From: Candidatus Eremiobacteria bacterium
Lineage (GTDB): Bacteria > Vulcanimicrobiota > Vulcanimicrobiia > Vulcanimicrobiales > Vulcanimicrobiaceae
Direction of reading: 5' to 3'
Length of the DNA stretch: 64,000 nt
NCBI GenBank assembly: GCA_963737065.1
Contig: CAVTRC010000002.1
Span: 288,001 to 352,000, forward strand
Shown here: positions 1-10,057 of the stretch, in pieces
Position numbering within the stretch: the first letter of the stretch is position 1
Layout of the letters: every line of letters begins with the position of its first letter
Translations under genes and position numbers: made by a program
The notes under the pieces: generated by a model
Seen by the model: only the letters and a program-made list of their open reading frames with translations
Database searches by the model: none
Told to the model about the DNA's origin: nothing

Positions 1-1
1 T

Positions 2-2614
2 TTGCTGCGCCTCGAGCGCGTGGTTCGCGAACGCATGACCGTTCAGGACATCGAAACCGTCACGCCGCAAGCGCTGATCAACATTCGTCCGGTCGTCGCC
101 GCGATCAAGGAATTCTTCGGTTCATCGCAACTTTCGCAGTTCATGGACCAAACCAACTCGCTCGCCGAACTGACGCACAAGCGTCGTCTCTCGGCGCTCG
201 GCCCGGGCGGACTTTCGCGCGAACGCGCCGGCTTCGAAGTTCGCGACGTTCACCACTCGCACTACGGCCGTATCTGCCCGATCGAAACGCCGGAAGGTCC
301 GAACATCGGTCTGATCGGTTCGCTTGCGACGTATGCGCGCGTGAACAAGTTCGGGTTCATCGAGACGCCGTATCGCGTGGCCGAGAAGGGCCATGTGACG
401 GACAATATTCAGTACCTCACCGCAGATCGCGAAGACGAATACATCATCGCGCAAGCCAACACGCCGGTCGACGAAGCGAGCGGCAAAATCACGAGTGAAA
501 CCGTCGTTTGCCGTTACGCCGAAGAGTACATCGAAGAACCCGCCGCGCGCGTTCAGTTGATGGACGTGTCGCCGAAGCAGATCGTCTCGGTCGCGACGGC
601 GCTCATCCCGTTCCTCGAGCACGACGACGCAAATCGCGCGCTGATGGGCGCCAATATGCAACGTCAAGCGGTACCGCTGCTTCGCCCCGACGCGCCCGTC
701 GTCGGCACCGGCATGGAGTATCGCGCCGCGAAAGATTCCGGTTCGCTCATCGTCAGCGAAGCCAGCGGTCAGGTGACCGCGGTCGATGCGAAAGCCATCG
801 CGCTGACGCTCGACGACGGCACGACGCAGGTCTACGATCTGCTGAAGTTCGTACGCAGTAACGCGGGCACGTGCATCAACCAGCGTCCGATCGTCTCGCT
901 CGGTGAGCGCGTCGTTCCCGGTCAAGTGCTCGCGGACGGACCGTCGTCCGATGAGGCGGAGCTTGCGCTCGGCCAAAACGTCCTCGTCGCGTTCATGCCG
1001 TGGGAAGGTTACAACTACGAAGACGCGATTTTGATTTCCGAGCGAATGGTCAAAGAAGACCGCTTCACCTCCATTCACATCGAAGAGTACGAGTGCGAAG
1101 CGCGCGACACGAAGCTCGGACCCGAAGAGATCACCCGCGACATTCCCAACGTCGGCGAAGACGCGCTCAAGGATCTCGACGAGCGCGGCATCATCCGCAT
1201 CGGTGCGGAAGTGCGTCCGGAAGACATTCTCGTCGGTAAAGTCACGCCGAAGGGCGAAACCGAGCTCACCGCTGAGGAGCGCCTGTTGCGCGCTATCTTC
1301 GGCGAGAAGTCGCGCGAAGTGCGTGACACGAGCTTGAAAGTTCCGCACGGCGAAAAAGGCAAGATCATTGACGTCAAGGTCTTTTCGCGCGAAAACGGCG
1401 ACGAGCTTTCGCCGGGCGTCAACCACTTGGTGCGCGTCTACGTGGCGCAGAAACGCAAGATTCTGCAAGGCGACAAGATGGCCGGACGTCACGGTAACAA
1501 GGGCGTTATCGCGAAGGTGCTGCCGGAAGAAGACATGCCGTACTTGGAAGACGGTGCGCCGGTCGATATCGTGCTCAACCCGCTCGGTGTTCCGTCGCGC
1601 ATGAACCTCGGTCAGATTATGGAAACGCATCTCGGTTGGGCGGCGCGCATGCTCGGCATGAGCGTTGCGACACCGGTCTTCGACGGCGCGCACGCGGAGG
1701 ATATTTCCGAGTGGCTCCAAGACGCCGGCATGGCGCCCGACGGAAAGACATGGTTGCGCGACGGACGTTCCGGTGAACGCTTCTCCCGTCCCATTACGGT
1801 CGGCATGATTTACATGCTGAAGCTCGCGCATTTGGTGGACGACAAGATCCATGCGCGTTCGACGGGCCCGTACTCGATGATCACGCAACAGCCACTCGGC
1901 GGTAAAGCGCAGTTCGGTGGCCAGCGCTTCGGTGAAATGGAAGTCTGGGCACTCGAAGCCTACGGCGCTGCATACACGCTGCAAGAGCTCTTGACGGTGA
2001 AATCCGACGACGTCGTCGGCCGCGTGAAGACGTATGAAGCGATCGTCAAAGGCGAGAACGTAATGGAACCCGGCGTTCCGGAATCGTTCAAGGTTCTCAT
2101 CAAGGAACTGCAGTCGCTCGCGCTCGACGTGAAGGTACTGACCGAGAACCGTGAAGAGATCGATGTACGCATGCAAGACGACGATATGGGCGATCGCGAG
2201 CGTCAGGAGATCGGTCTTCTGATGGGCGACGATCAACCGGTCGTGTCGCAAACGCAAGTCGCGGCGCGTGAGGCCGTGGCGGAAGCTGCAGCGGAAGGCG
2301 CGCTCGGCGCGGACGGCGTGGCGCAAGCCGGCATTGCCGAGGTCGAGACGGAAGAGGAAGAGGAAGAAGAGGAGATCGACGACAGCAAACCGCTGGATGC
2401 GACTCCGCTTCCCGCTCCGCCGCCGGCCGCGGCTCGCGAAGCCGATGAGGATATCTTCGTCGAAGAGGAAGAACCTGATGACGCTGAGATCGAGGAAGGC
2501 GTGCAGGGCTACGAACTCGAGGAAGAAGACGAGGAAACCTACAGCGAGGACAAGGGCTTCGAAGAAGAAGACGAGGAGCCGTACAGCGAAAACCCCAACG
2601 AGGAAGAGTTCTAA
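2..2614 (+). CDS. rpoB: RNA polymerase beta subunit, 5' partial, with acidic C-terminal extension
   Basis: Motifs [63 protein letters not shown]. Confidence 0.99.
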   Translation: MLRLERVVRERMTVQDIETVTPQALINIRPVVAAIKEFFGSSQLSQFMDQTNSLAELTHKRRLSALGPGGLSRERAGFEVRDVHHSHYGRICPIETPEGPNIGLIGSLATYARVNKFGFIETPYRVAEKGHVTDNIQYLTADREDEYIIAQANTPVDEASGKITSETVVCRYAEEYIEEPAARVQLMDVSPKQIVSVATALIPFLEHDDANRALMGANMQRQAVPLLRPDAPVVGTGMEYRAAKDSGSLIVSEASGQVTAVDAKAIALTLDDGTTQVYDLLKFVRSNAGTCINQRPIVSLGERVVPGQVLADGPSSDEAELALGQNVLVAFMPWEGYNYEDAILISERMVKEDRFTSIHIEEYECEARDTKLGPEEITRDIPNVGEDALKDLDERGIIRIGAEVRPEDILVGKVTPKGETELTAEERLLRAIFGEKSREVRDTSLKVPHGEKGKIIDVKVFSRENGDELSPGVNHLVRVYVAQKRKILQGDKMAGRHGNKGVIAKVLPEEDMPYLEDGAPVDIVLNPLGVPSRMNLGQIMETHLGWAARMLGMSVATPVFDGAHAEDISEWLQDAGMAPDGKTWLRDGRSGERFSRPITVGMIYMLKLAHLVDDKIHARSTGPYSMITQQPLGGKAQFGGQRFGEMEVWALEAYGAAYTLQELLTVKSDDVVGRVKTYEAIVKGENVMEPGVPESFKVLIKELQSLALDVKVLTENREEIDVRMQDDDMGDRERQEIGLLMGDDQPVVSQTQVAAREAVAEAAAEGALGADGVAQAGIAEVETEEEEEEEEIDDSKPLDATPLPAPPPAAAREADEDIFVEEEEPDDAEIEEGVQGYELEEEDEETYSEDKGFEEEDEEPYSENPNEEEF

Positions 2615-2632
2615 GGAAGCACCCATGCAAAG

Positions 2633-2670
2633 AAAAGCCCGGCGACGAATCGCCGGGCTTTTGTGTTTTC
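2633..2670. terminator. Intrinsic, probably bidirectional terminator after rpoB
   Basis: AAAAGCCCGGCGA-CGAA-TCGCCGGGCTTTT hairpin with T/A tracts, between convergent genes. Confidence 0.9.
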
Positions 2671-2680
2671 GCAGTGTGCG

Positions 2681-3094
2681 TTACACGCGGTGCGCGGGAG
2701 AATTTCGCCCGGTGCGCTGTTGAGAAGCGCTATGCGAGCCTAGGACCGCGAGCTGCCGGCGTTGCGCTTCGACGACACTGTGCTGGTACGCGAGCTCTTT
2801 CTTGAGTTCTTGATTGACTTGCACTTCCTCGGCATACGCCTTTTGCTCTTGATGGTAGGCGGCCCATGCGTCGTTGTTCTCTTGCGAAAGCGCGGCCTGG
2901 CGGCGATCGTAGTGTGCGTATTTTTCATGAATTTGCCGATCGTGTTGGACGATCAAATATGCAGCGGCCGCACCGCCGAGCAGAATCAAATTTCGCGTGG
3001 TCGCCGCGCCGTCGGCGTGCACCGGCACGGCGGGAATCGCGAGTGCGAGCGTTCCCGTCAGCGCGAGCGACCCAAGTGCTTGCTTGATTTTCAT
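2681..3094 (-). CDS. Secreted hypothetical protein with coiled-coil region
   Basis: Start MKIKQALG after a GGAGGG RBS; signal peptide ending VHA-D; Q/E/A-rich helical C-terminus. Confidence 0.7.
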   Translation of the reverse strand: MKIKQALGSLALTGTLALAIPAVPVHADGAATTRNLILLGGAAAAYLIVQHDRQIHEKYAHYDRRQAALSQENNDAWAAYHQEQKAYAEEVQVNQELKKELAYQHSVVEAQRRQLAVLGSHSASQQRTGRNSPAHRV

Positions 3095-3144
3095 GCGAGT
3101 CGTCTTCCCTCCATTACGAGAGAACGTAACGCGCGCACATTCCG

Positions 3145-5143
3145 TCACTCTGGGCAGCTGCGTGCTACCGGCTTGTTGATTGGAAGCGACACGCCGAGCG
3201 AGATGACGGAGGGCGGAGCGTAGCGATCGATGCTCGACAGATACCGTGCATCGGTCACGTTATCGCCGCGCAACACGAGCCGCACCCCGGTACCGATCGG
3301 AACGCTCGCGGATAAACCCGTGGTAATCGCGGTCCCGAGCGGTTCACGATTGAGATCATCAGCGTACGTTTGTCCGATGTACGAAACGTTCACGCCGACG
3401 CGCGTCGATCCGACGAGCGTGCTGTAGCCCGCGTATGCCGATCCTTCGGGAACGTACGGCAACTGCTTGCCGATTGCGGCCGACGACCCTGCCGTCACGC
3501 GCGAGCTTTGCTGCGTCCCCCACACGTTTACGCTGGAGCACGGTCCGACGCGTTGCGTGTAGCTCGCGGTAACGCCATTGGTTTGCGCGTGCGCGAAGTT
3601 GCTGCGCACCTCGTGCGTCGCATCAATCGTGCGAAAGGAAATCGCGTCCGAGATGAACGTTTGCACGTAGTCTACGGCAAATTCCGACCCGCGATTCGTC
3701 CAGTCGAACCCCGCCGTCTGCGAATAGCTGCGCTCCGGCACCAGATGTGGATTCGGAAGATACGTGATCGGCCCGATGACATAGCCGCGGACCAATTCGT
3801 TGAGATACGGCGCGCGAAGTCCCGATCCGCCCGCCGCGCGAAACGCGAGGTGCGACGTAACATCGTACCGGACGGCGGCCCGCGGCGAGAGCGCGCGATC
3901 GGTTCGCGGCGCAATCGTCGTCGTTGTGCCGCCGCTCGTCAGTTTCGCGTTCGGTAAAAAGATCGATGTTGCCGCGACGCCCGCGATCATTTCGCCGCGA
4001 GCGAATCGCCACGTGTTTTGAACGGCGATATCTGCAATCTGCTGCACGCCGCTACCGCTCGCCGTTTGAACGTTCGCCGCATTGAGTTGTTCGCTCACAC
4101 CGCCGGCGAACCGTGCGTCGCCCCGTATCTCGAACGTCGACTTCGAACTATCGACGATCCAGTTCAGCGATCGCTCCGCTTTCATGCGTTGGAACGTACT
4201 GCGTGTACAGCAGCGATGCCGGCGACGACGACTTGTCGGCTCGATTCGTGACGAACGTATTGCGCGCATACCCGGTCACGCTAACGGATGCGCGCGTCCA
4301 CCGGCGTGCAAACGAAAGAGCGTTCTGAACGAAGTCGCGCCAGAAATCGTAATTCGGACGGCCGTATTGCTGGTAGTCCCAGGCCCCGCGGTAGCCGTAG
4401 TCCAGCGTCGTGTTCGCGTCCGGCGCATAGCGGAAGCGCAACGAGATCATCTTCGAACGCGCGACGGCGTTCGTGTCGATCGGCGATTGATAGCCGGGCG
4501 CAAGCGCGTAATACGAGAGCTGTTGATCCGACGCGGAGAGCGATGTCGAAAGCCGCGTTGCCAGCGGTGCCGACGTTTGGAGATACTCATTGAGATACGC
4601 GTGCGTGCCGGGAAGAATTCGAACGTTTCCGCTCGCCGGACCATTCGATTGCGTCGTCGGCGCGTACGTTTGCAGCGAGAGCACGCCGCCGATCGCGCCC
4701 GACCCGTACAACGCGGAACCGGGCCCGCGCAACAACTCGGCACGCGTGATATCGTTTGCGGGATATGCGGCCCAATCGATCTGTCCGCCGAATGCGTCTT
4801 GCGCGAAGACGTTGTCAACGAGCACGAGTCCACGATCGTTGCCTGCTCCGGAAAACGAAGCGCGCAACTGGCCGTAATTCGTAAACCCGCTGTTGCTGCG
4901 CGTGTGGTCGTATCCCGGGAGCGCGTTCAACAGCTGATCGGCCGTCAGAGCGGGGTTCGCTCTAATCTGCTCCGTGGTGAGCAGCGATGCGGGTAGCGGC
5001 AGGCGGTGGAGGGTCTCGAGCGATCCCGTTGCGACGCTGACGCTTCCGATGACGGGTGGCGTCGACGGCGTCGGGCTCGGCGATGGCGTCGGAGACGTCA
5101 CGACCGCCTGCGCGAGAACGAAGACCACAGAAAGTGCGTGCAA
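3145..5143 (-). pseudogene. TonB-dependent receptor with a frameshift near 4165 (or sequencing error)
   Basis: ORF 4148-5143 holds the signal/plug (ELLRGPGSALYGSGAIGGV); ORF 3145-4269 continues the barrel (SPRAAVRY, RAPYLNEL, DNVTDARY); frames join at ESGA/SLNWIVD. Confidence 0.8.
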
Positions 5144-5271
5144 AGCCTGTACGTCTTTCCCCGTCGCTCGCCGTCTACCGCTTGATTGTCGGTTCGTGTC
5201 TACGGGAGCTCCGCTCGCTCATGGCGATATACCGTCGTATCACCTCCGCTCGATTAAGCAGGTGCGCACGA

Positions 5272-6189
5272 ATGAGTAGTCTCCCGCGAATTGGAGTCGT
5301 TGGAACCGGCCGCATGGGCGGAAATATGGCGTTGCGACTGCACGACGTCGGCTACCCCATTACGGTCGTGTACGACACGCACCGCCCGGCCGCCGAAACG
5401 ATCGCGAACGAAACGGGAGCGACGGTGGCGTCTACGCTGAGCGAGGTCACGCGCGATGCGGACGTCATCATTACCGTCGTAAGCGACGATGACGCGATGG
5501 ACCGTATTTTTGCGCAAAGCGGCGACTCGCTCCTCAGCGGTGCCGCGGGAAAAACGTTCGTCAATTGCGCGACGGTTTCGCCGGCAGTTCATGTCGAGGT
5601 GCAAGCGCGCAGTGAGCGCGCCGGCGCACGTTCGCTGGAAGCCTGTATGGCGAGCTCGATCCCGCAGGCGCGTAACGGGACGCTTTACCTCATGGTCGCC
5701 GGCAGACCGGAAGTCTTCGCCGAACTCGAACCGATGCTCAAGAAGCTGAGTTCTTCGTTGCGTTACATCGGTGAAGCCGGGCGCGCCGCGCAAGTCAAAG
5801 CGCTCGTCAATATGGTGATGAACATCAACACAGCCGGGCTTGCCGAAGGCCTCGGGCTGGGTGATGCGCTCGGCCTCGACCTCGACATGCTGCGCGAAGT
5901 CTTTTCGCAAACCGGCGCAAATTCGCGCGTCCTCGAAACCGACGGCGCCGACATGCAGAATCGCGAGCACGACGTGTACTTTTCGGCAGAACATGCCGCG
6001 AAGGATTCAGGCATCGCGCTTTCACTCGCGCGGGAACGGCACCTGTCCCTGCCGCTCGCGCGGGCGACGTACGAGCAGTACGAATCGATGAAGTCGCTTG
6101 GGCTCGGCGGACTGGATAAATCGGGCGTCTCCGAGCTTACATTCGTTTCTCGTCACGGACAACAATTCGCAGAAAAAACTCACGCGTAA
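5272..6189 (+). CDS. Beta-hydroxyacid dehydrogenase family NAD(P)-dependent oxidoreductase
   Basis: IGVVGTGRMG Rossmann motif; catalytic Lys in QVKALVN. Confidence 0.9.
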   Translation: MSSLPRIGVVGTGRMGGNMALRLHDVGYPITVVYDTHRPAAETIANETGATVASTLSEVTRDADVIITVVSDDDAMDRIFAQSGDSLLSGAAGKTFVNCATVSPAVHVEVQARSERAGARSLEACMASSIPQARNGTLYLMVAGRPEVFAELEPMLKKLSSSLRYIGEAGRAAQVKALVNMVMNINTAGLAEGLGLGDALGLDLDMLREVFSQTGANSRVLETDGADMQNREHDVYFSAEHAAKDSGIALSLARERHLSLPLARATYEQYESMKSLGLGGLDKSGVSELTFVSRHGQQFAEKTHA

Positions 6190-6205
6190 TTGCTGGGAGG
6201 ATAAC

Positions 6206-6667
6206 ATGTCCACGTCGGCCACTTCAGGTCAAAAGGTCGTACCCGTGCTCAGCTCCGACACCGCCGGTCCGCTCGGAGCGATCCATCTTCCGCGTCTTTG
6301 GTTGAAGCTCTCGCTCGCGGCGGCCGGATTGCTGCCGCAGGACTACGACGAGTGCGGTTCAGGCTTCGATCAGATGACGCTGAACGCTCTCGGACTCGAT
6401 CGTCAGAAGACGATCGATTACATACGCACGCACCATCCGAGATACATGGAATTCGAAGAATGGGTGATGGAGCAAAACGGCGGATCGATTTCCGAAGACC
6501 GCATTCGCAAGCACAACGAAGCGGTGCGCGGATACAATCATGCGGACGATAAAGCCGCGAAGATGCGTGAGAAATCGGGAATCACGAAGTCGGACGTTCG
6601 CGACGCCGTCACGTTGAACACGATGGAAGATCTCGACGACGTCTACGAGCAAATCACACGGAAGTAG
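6206..6667 (+). CDS. DUF5069-like protein
   Basis: GGAGG RBS; GPLGAIHLPRLWLK and GFDQMTLNALGL motifs, ending EDLDD; family recalled from memory. Confidence 0.65.
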   Translation: MSTSATSGQKVVPVLSSDTAGPLGAIHLPRLWLKLSLAAAGLLPQDYDECGSGFDQMTLNALGLDRQKTIDYIRTHHPRYMEFEEWVMEQNGGSISEDRIRKHNEAVRGYNHADDKAAKMREKSGITKSDVRDAVTLNTMEDLDDVYEQITRK

Positions 6668-6673
6668 GCAGCG

Positions 6674-9295
6674 TTAGATCGACGACCACTGCAGTTGCAG
6701 GGTGAACGCGCGCGCCTGCGGATACGAGGACGGAACGTAGCCGCCTGTGCCGTACGTCCACGGAAGCGCTTGATGCACGCCGTCGGCGGTTGGAACGCCG
6801 TTCCCTAAAGCATACCGTCCGCTTGCGATCGCGCTACCATACCACGACGAGTAGAGCGCGTTGCCGCCGACATACCCCGGCGGCCCGATGAGGTATGGAT
6901 TTCCCTGCAATTGCGTCGGAGCAGCGGTTCCGAACACGTTTGCGATGTCGAGCATGACGCGCAACCCCCGCTCGAATTGGGCTTCAACGTGAAGCGAAGC
7001 GACGAGTTGCGGCGCCGTGTGCAAGGTATTCGGATCGTCGCCTTCCGGCGTTCCTAGCGTCGCGATGTACGGATTCGTGAGGGCGTTATACGGCTGAGAC
7101 GGATCCCGCAGAAAATAATAGTTATATCCGGGATTGACATAATTGTCGTTCGGGACGCTTTGCGGTTTGCCGTTGCGTCCGAAGATCCAAACGCGTCGTC
7201 CGTTACCGTACGGATATCCGGATTCCCACGAGAGTCCGGGAGCGATCGTCACCATCCCGGCGCGGAGACGCACGTTCGCGAGTGCCGTGACGTCGGGAAC
7301 ATATCCGAGCGGAAAGAGATGTCCCGCCGCGATCGCTGCGGCATTGAGTTCGTTGATTGCGAATTGTTCTGCGCTCGATGATACGCCGCGCGCAGCGCTC
7401 GCCCCGAGCGTGAGCGCGCCGCGCGCATATGATAGCTCGAAACCGTGAACGTTAAGCGCGCCCGTATTCTGTGGAATCTCGATGGAGCCGCTGAGCGGAA
7501 GAAGGTCGATTCGGTTTCGCTCCTCTCTGTTGAAGTACGTCAACGCGATCAGCGACCTTCCCGCGTGTTCGTAGGAAAGCTCCGTCGAACTCGAATGTTC
7601 GGTGGAAAGCGGCGTCACCGCAAGCGCGAGTTCCAAGCCGTGTGGAGCGACGGAAACGGCATCGTAGAGCAATCGAAATGCGTCCTTCCCGGTGTCGTAT
7701 ACGAGCGAGGCATGCGGATCGATTGCGCCGGTATGAGCCTCTGCGGCGTTTCCGGCACGCGATGATTCCGAGAGTCCTCGTAGCGCTCCCATCGCGTCGA
7801 TGCGCGGCGTCACGTGCCAGGTATCTTGCGCGTAGCCGACATATGCATTCGACGACGGCGTCGCATTGATGTTGCCGTTGTGAAGTTGCGGAATCGCTTG
7901 ATCGAGTTTGAACTGCTCCGCGTGCACGTCGACGCCGTACGAGAGCTCGTTGCGTGAATTCGGCAGCACGTGGGTTTCAACGCGGAATCCTTGCAACGCA
8001 CCGGCTTGCGTTCCAAAATACGAAACGATGCCGTTGGGAAACGAAAGATCGTCAAAGAACGGAGCATCGGTCGTTGCATTATATGAGGATGCATACACGG
8101 AAGCGCTCGTTGCCGAACTGCGCGAACGCCACGTCATCGCGGCTTTGAATACGTCGAACGTTCCGCGAATCCGCGACGGCGTTTCGGAAGAGAACGGCGC
8201 GAACGCGGCGGATAGCGGCGTCCCGTATTGATCGGAGACGGAACTTCCCGTCAGTGCATCGACTTCGAGCTGCTGCGAGTGCGCGGTTTGAAACTCGGCA
8301 TTCAGCGATGCCGACCAGTCTGCACGATTCGCGAGTGCGAGGCCGTATGTCGCAGCCTCAGCCGGATAGAACGTGTGCCCGTCGCCATAGGAAAAGGCGG
8401 CCGTCGACGAGCGTACGTCGACGGCATAGCGTTGCCGCAGGTCGGTCGTCGCCCATCCGCGCGAGACGTCGACCGCGGCGGCGCTCGGTGTTCCGCCCGC
8501 AATGGTGATCTGCGCGTTTCCCGGCGATGCACCCCGTAACGGAATTTCATCGACAATACCGCCGAGCGCCGCGTCGGGGCCGCTGAAACCGCCTAAATAG
8601 ACGTTTGTAAAGGCGACCCCGGTCGTGGGCAGCTGTGCACCGACGACGTTGCCGCCCGGCTCCGCAATCAACGCTTGCACGACGGGGACGCCGTCATACA
8701 TGTAGAGCGTGTCATTGGTACGGCCGTCACGTACCAACGCATTCGCAAACTGATCTTCTTGTACGCCGGGCACGCGCGCTGCGGCGCCCTGCGCCGTACC
8801 CTGCACGTATTGCGCGAGCCCGGATGGGACCGAAACGAGCGGCGCGCGCGATTGCGACGCATCCAGCGTGTACACATCGTTCGACGCGCCGATGCGCACG
8901 CCGCGCTGCAGGACCGAGCGCACCGTGGTGATCGTCGTGAGCGCAAGCAGATGAACGGAAATCGACGACGTTCGACCGGGCAGCACGGAAATGGCAAAAT
9001 CCATCGGCTGCATTCCGGCGGCTGTTATATGGACGCCGTAGCGGTCCGGGGTTACGTCGACGGCAGCAAAGTGTCCGCGGGCGTCCGTTATAAAGCTCTG
9101 GTGTGACGCCGGTGATGAGAGCCGAACGGAGGCCGCTGCAAGCGCGTGCCCGTCGCCGTCCGTTACCGTGCCGATCAGCGTTCCCGTGGTTTGCGCGGGG
9201 AGCGCCGGTATCGGCACGGCAAGACAGAAAAACAGAGCAATGCCGGCGCGGGCGGAGACGATCATAGCAGCTTGTCGCCCGCGGCCGAGGGTCAT
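6674..9295 (-). CDS. TonB-dependent receptor with N-terminal carboxypeptidase-regulatory-like domain
   Basis: AQTTGTLIGTVTDGDG N-domain; plug-like YMYDGVPV; terminal beta-strand RAFTLQLQW. Confidence 0.8.
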   Translation of the reverse strand: MTLGRGRQAAMIVSARAGIALFFCLAVPIPALPAQTTGTLIGTVTDGDGHALAAASVRLSSPASHQSFITDARGHFAAVDVTPDRYGVHITAAGMQPMDFAISVLPGRTSSISVHLLALTTITTVRSVLQRGVRIGASNDVYTLDASQSRAPLVSVPSGLAQYVQGTAQGAAARVPGVQEDQFANALVRDGRTNDTLYMYDGVPVVQALIAEPGGNVVGAQLPTTGVAFTNVYLGGFSGPDAALGGIVDEIPLRGASPGNAQITIAGGTPSAAAVDVSRGWATTDLRQRYAVDVRSSTAAFSYGDGHTFYPAEAATYGLALANRADWSASLNAEFQTAHSQQLEVDALTGSSVSDQYGTPLSAAFAPFSSETPSRIRGTFDVFKAAMTWRSRSSATSASVYASSYNATTDAPFFDDLSFPNGIVSYFGTQAGALQGFRVETHVLPNSRNELSYGVDVHAEQFKLDQAIPQLHNGNINATPSSNAYVGYAQDTWHVTPRIDAMGALRGLSESSRAGNAAEAHTGAIDPHASLVYDTGKDAFRLLYDAVSVAPHGLELALAVTPLSTEHSSSTELSYEHAGRSLIALTYFNREERNRIDLLPLSGSIEIPQNTGALNVHGFELSYARGALTLGASAARGVSSSAEQFAINELNAAAIAAGHLFPLGYVPDVTALANVRLRAGMVTIAPGLSWESGYPYGNGRRVWIFGRNGKPQSVPNDNYVNPGYNYYFLRDPSQPYNALTNPYIATLGTPEGDDPNTLHTAPQLVASLHVEAQFERGLRVMLDIANVFGTAAPTQLQGNPYLIGPPGYVGGNALYSSWYGSAIASGRYALGNGVPTADGVHQALPWTYGTGGYVPSSYPQARAFTLQLQWSSI

Positions 9296-9826
9296 TTACC
9301 GCGACTGTTTGCCGGCGTAGTCTTGTTCGATCTTAGCGGCGTTCGTCAGTGGCCCGGCATCTTCGCAGCGTCGTCCGCATGCCGAGATCATCTCTTCGAC
9401 CGTGCCGCGCGCTAGCGGGTCGTCGCTTGCCACGCGGATCGGTTCGTGAGGGTCGACGACGTCGATGAACGCTTTGACGACGTGCCGGTTATCGAGTTTT
9501 TTCGCAAGAATCTCGGCCCCGCTCGTCCCCTCGAGTTCCGGCGGGCGCATGGCGTCGATGACGACGCCGTCCTTATAGTCGCCGAGCGCTCGGAGGCTGT
9601 CGTCGACCTCTTCCCAGCGAACCGCGAAAACCAGCGCTTCGCTTGACGTTGCTTGGTCATACGTCGTGCAGGCTTTTGCATCCCCGCCGAGTGCTTCGGC
9701 GGCCTGCTCCGCCGATTCCGGCCGGCACGGGTCGCTGAAGCTGATCTGATGTCCGCAATTCTGCAGCAGCCGGCCGATCGTCACCGCACGGTCGTCTGTT
9801 CCGATGATCCCTATCGTCATAGCCAT
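9296..9826 (-). CDS. F420/NADP oxidoreductase-like NAD(P)-binding protein
   Basis: TIGIIGT Rossmann start (degenerate Gly motif), VVIDAM, HVVKAF, DAGPL. Confidence 0.7.
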   Translation of the reverse strand: MAMTIGIIGTDDRAVTIGRLLQNCGHQISFSDPCRPESAEQAAEALGGDAKACTTYDQATSSEALVFAVRWEEVDDSLRALGDYKDGVVIDAMRPPELEGTSGAEILAKKLDNRHVVKAFIDVVDPHEPIRVASDDPLARGTVEEMISACGRRCEDAGPLTNAAKIEQDYAGKQSR

Positions 9827-9874
9827 GCGGGTGTTGTACCCGTCGACGTCGGTCCCGCAGCGGGAACGCTGAGA

Positions 9875-9903
9875 TTGAATCGTGTCGCTTCGCGTGATAC
9901 ACT
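9875..9903 (+). promoter_or_regulatory. Sigma70-type promoter of rpoC
   Basis: TTGAAT-17 bp-TACACT with extended -10 TG, ~155 bp upstream of the rpoC start. Confidence 0.75.
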
Positions 9904-10057
9904 AAGCGTCTGTGCCCGAACGGACGCGTCTCTGACGAGGGACGTTGCCGCGTTCAACCGGCGGCGCGACGGTGGGTCCCCTTACGAGACAACGTGAGAC
10001 GCGGAAGCCCTGCGTAAGCAACGCCCGGCGGCATTAACCACCGGAGTTTCCTCCAAC

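Noticed and set aside
122..2626. 834-aa antisense ORF, and similar long antisense ORFs over rpoC and other genes
   Set aside because: Shadow frames caused by high-GC codon bias opposite well-supported genes
2681..9826. Region between rpoB and rpoC as a mobile element
   Set aside because: No integrase, transposase or terminal repeats seen
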